In this document: positions 37,768-40,000 of the stretch, in pieces
How the letters are laid out: each line of letters starts with the position of its first letter
Numbering within the stretch: position 1 is the first letter of the stretch
NCBI GenBank assembly: GCA_029852775.1
Contig: LEKJ01000061.1
Location: 1 to 40,000 of the forward strand
Length of the DNA stretch: 40,000 nt
Direction of reading: 5' to 3'
DNA from: Pasteurellaceae bacterium LFhippo2
GTDB taxonomy: Bacteria; Pseudomonadota; Gammaproteobacteria; Enterobacterales; Pasteurellaceae
Translations under genes and position numbers: made by a program
The notes under the pieces: model-generated
Told to the model about the DNA's origin: nothing
Database searches by the model: none
Seen by the model: the letters and a program-made list of their open reading frames with translations, nothing else

Positions 37768-39075
37768 TTATAACGGTAGAATAAGTACCTTAGAGCGGCG
37801 CTGATAATTATAGTTATCACGTTTATACTTCGGTAAATCTTCTGCTTCTGCAAGCTCAAAGCCACGTTCTTGGAACCACTGTGTTGTACGAGTTGTTAAT
37901 ACAAATAGCTTTTCCATTCCTAAATTACGTGCACGCTTCTTAATTTCTGTAAGTAACACATCGCCGCGTGAAGAATCTCTATAATCAGGATGAACCGCAA
38001 CGCACGCCATTTCTGCCATTTTTTCATCGTCATAAGGATATAATGCAGCACAAGCAATGATGACACCGTCACGCTCTATAATCATATAGTGAGAGATTTC
38101 CATCTCTAACTGCTCTCTTGAACGGCGAACTAAAATACCCTGTTGTTCTAACGGTCGAATCAATTCTAATAAGCCAGGAATATCCTGAACAGTCGCAATG
38201 CGGTTTACTTCTGACTCTTCGATAGATACCTGTGTACCAATACCATCACGCGAGAATAGTTCTTGTAACAATGCTCCATCCTCTTGATAACTAATCAAAT
38301 GCGCACGTTTTACTCCTGAACGACACACATCGGCCGCCGCTTGCAAGAAACGTGATTTGGCAGTGTGGTACTCCCCTTTCTCAATAAATTGGTTAAGGTA
38401 GTTTTGTGCTTCTTGCGGTTGAAGATCGGCAATAACTTCACCATTTTCATTTAAAACACCTTGTTCAGCACAAAAACCGATTAATTTATCCGCTTTTAAA
38501 CGAATTGCGATTTGAGTCGCAATCTCTTCAAAAGGCAGATTAAACATTTCTCCTGTAACAGAAGGTGCTATCGGCCCCATTAATACCACTGCATTACGAT
38601 CTAATTGATCTTTAATTCCGTCAATATTGATTCTACGGATCTTCCCTGTTAACGCGTAATCTACACCATCAACCACACCGATAGGTTGCGCCAAAATAAA
38701 ATTACTACTAATTACATCCATAACAGGTGCATTTGAATGGCGTAGAGATAAGCGAGCAAATAGATCGTAATGAACACGACCAACGGCCTGTTTCACGATA
38801 TCTAGCGCTTCTGACGTTGTAATACGGATATTATTATAATATTCAGATTGGTGCTTATTTTGGGCGAGAAGTTGATTGATTTGTGGGCGAGCGCCGAAGA
38901 TGATAACAAGTTTGATCCCAAGGCTATGGAGAAGATTTATATCGTTGATGATATTACTTAGATTCGGACTTTCTACTACTTCGCCATCAAGCATAATGAC
39001 GAATGTTTTTTCCCTATGTAAATTAACATAAGGCGTAGATTGTCTAAACCATTGGACTAGTTCTGTGTTGCGCAT
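37768..39075 (-). CDS. argA: Amino-acid N-acetyltransferase (N-acetylglutamate synthase)
   Basis: [18 protein letters not shown] start, an amino-acid-kinase-like N-domain, and a C-terminal GNAT domain ([15 protein letters not shown]), typical of ArgA. Confidence 0.92.
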   Translation of the reverse strand: MRNTELVQWFRQSTPYVNLHREKTFVIMLDGEVVESPNLSNIINDINLLHSLGIKLVIIFGARPQINQLLAQNKHQSEYYNNIRITTSEALDIVKQAVGRVHYDLFARLSLRHSNAPVMDVISSNFILAQPIGVVDGVDYALTGKIRRINIDGIKDQLDRNAVVLMGPIAPSVTGEMFNLPFEEIATQIAIRLKADKLIGFCAEQGVLNENGEVIADLQPQEAQNYLNQFIEKGEYHTAKSRFLQAAADVCRSGVKRAHLISYQEDGALLQELFSRDGIGTQVSIEESEVNRIATVQDIPGLLELIRPLEQQGILVRRSREQLEMEISHYMIIERDGVIIACAALYPYDDEKMAEMACVAVHPDYRDSSRGDVLLTEIKKRARNLGMEKLFVLTTRTTQWFQERGFELAEAEDLPKYKRDNYNYQRRSKVLILPL

Positions 39076-39106
39076 ATTGTTCTCTGTTTGCTAGTTATTT
39101 TTTATA

Positions 39107-39141
39107 ATAAAAAAGGCCTGCTACCCTTTGGGCAACAAACC
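39107..39141 (-). terminator. Rho-independent terminator of the acetyltransferase gene
   Basis: Minus-strand RNA GGUUUGUUGCCC AAA GGGUAGCAGGCC forms a 12-bp stem (including G-U pairs), followed by U6. Confidence 0.6.
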
Positions 39142-39200
39142 TTAATATAACTTTCACAGAAGAGCTTGGCAATACAATAATAAACTAATGAAATAAAAAT

Positions 39201-39770
39201 CTATCTATATGTTGCAAGGAGCTTATCTAATAATTTACTCGTTGGTGGGGTTGATAAATCGTGAGTGATTTCCTTGATAGTTTCTAACTCAAGTTCCCAC
39301 CACCTTAATTGTAATAATTTATCAATTATTTCCTGCTCAAATCTAAATTTAAGCGATTTTGCCGGATTTCCGCCTACAATCTCATATGGCTTCACATCTT
39401 TGACGATATGAGAATTGGCAGCTAATACAGCGCCATCACCAATTGTCACTCCAGACATAATCGTCACGCCACTTCCGATCCACACATCATTTCCAATAAT
39501 AATGTCACCATTAGAAGTGGGGTGCCCAACTATTCCTTGTCCACCTAACTCTTCTTGGAATATATGACCAAATGGATAAGTTGTAATCCAATCAATGCGA
39601 TGATTACCGCCTAGAAAAATAGAAATATTACGAGCAATCGAACAAAATGCGCCTATTTGTAATGTTGCGCCTTCATTCCATTGATGAATGGATAGGTTCT
39701 CAATACCGTATGTATATCGACCTATACTGACTTTGCTATTACCAACGACTCCTATTCGAATGCCCGACAT
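39201..39770 (-). CDS. Hexapeptide-repeat xenobiotic acetyltransferase family protein (CatB/Vat-like)
   Basis: IGAFCSIA, GGNHRIDWITTYPF (catalytic His context), IGNDVWIGSGVTIMSGVTIGDGAVLAANSHIVKDVKPYEIVGGNPAK, and the C-terminal LLQLRWWE, as in CatB/Vat-type XAT enzymes. Confidence 0.8.
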   Translation of the reverse strand: MSGIRIGVVGNSKVSIGRYTYGIENLSIHQWNEGATLQIGAFCSIARNISIFLGGNHRIDWITTYPFGHIFQEELGGQGIVGHPTSNGDIIIGNDVWIGSGVTIMSGVTIGDGAVLAANSHIVKDVKPYEIVGGNPAKSLKFRFEQEIIDKLLQLRWWELELETIKEITHDLSTPPTSKLLDKLLATYR

Positions 39771-39776
39771 AATACT

Positions 39777-40000
39777 TTACTCTACCGATTGTTGAATTCT
39801 ATCCGCAAACTTACCAATACTTACCGCAAAGTTGTTCGATTTATTCCAATCCATAATTGTACGGTAGTTATTGGATACTAAGAATGCTCTACCAGCTTCT
39901 TGATCGGGACGAACTAACCATAGCTTAGTTTTGCTTAATTGATTCGCTTTTGTTAACTCTTGTGCATTTGGATATGCAAGGTAAATACCCCAAGCCTGCC
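39777..40000 (-). CDS. 3' end of an unidentified gene (partial; continues beyond the window)
   Basis: My own translation of the minus strand (frame from 39998) gives 73 stop-free codons, ...QAWGIYLAYPNAQELTKANQLSKTKLWLVRPDQEAGRAFLVSNNYRTIMDWNKSNNFAVSIGKFADRIQQSVE, ending at TAA (39777-39779). That is 6 nt before the acetyltransferase ATG. No family recognised. Confidence 0.4.
   Translation of the reverse strand, partial: QAWGIYLAYPNAQELTKANQLSKTKLWLVRPDQEAGRAFLVSNNYRTIMDWNKSNNFAVSIGKFADRIQQSVE

Noticed and set aside
1-40000. CRISPR arrays, tRNA/rRNA genes, transposases, integrases, prophage genes and toxin-antitoxin pairs.
   Set aside because: No regularly spaced direct repeats, no cloverleaf-sized conserved RNA candidates in the short intergenic regions, and no ORF with recombinase or transposase signatures were seen. 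Intergenic space is almost fully accounted for by promoters, terminators and REP/USS elements.

Overview
The window looks like a Pasteurellaceae chromosome segment. It is AT-rich and carries four perfect copies of the Apl-type uptake signal sequence ACAAGCGGT. Gene order: (1) ackA, then an orphan DUF1919 gene. (2) A roughly 23 kb anaerobic hydrogen-metabolism supercluster (2218-25301). It holds hypE-hypD-hypB (minus strand) divergent from hypA, a selenocysteine-containing fdhF that the ORF track splits at an in-frame TGA, hycI, a complete ten-gene Hyf-type (hydrogenase-4 / FHL-2) operon hyfABCDEFGHIJ, the divergent pair hypC-hypF, and a nikKLMQO (cbiKLMQO-type) ECF nickel importer. FNR-like boxes sit in all four promoter regions of this cluster. 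(3) Housekeeping genes: folC, accD, aspC, a DMT/EamA transporter, sotB-like MFS, uvrB and glnS. (4) A low-GC two-gene McrBC-type (type IV, modification-dependent) restriction module lies between glnS and argA. Its McrB GTPase core and McrC nuclease look canonical, but the roughly 135-170 aa N-terminal reader domain is unlike the E. coli McrB N-domain. This is the best candidate here for something not yet characterised. (5) argA, a CatB/Vat-like (XAT) hexapeptide acetyltransferase, and the 3' end of an unidentified gene running off the window. I recognised no rRNA, tRNA, CRISPR array, transposase or integrase. All protein assignments come from reading the translations against remembered family signatures; no database search was run.
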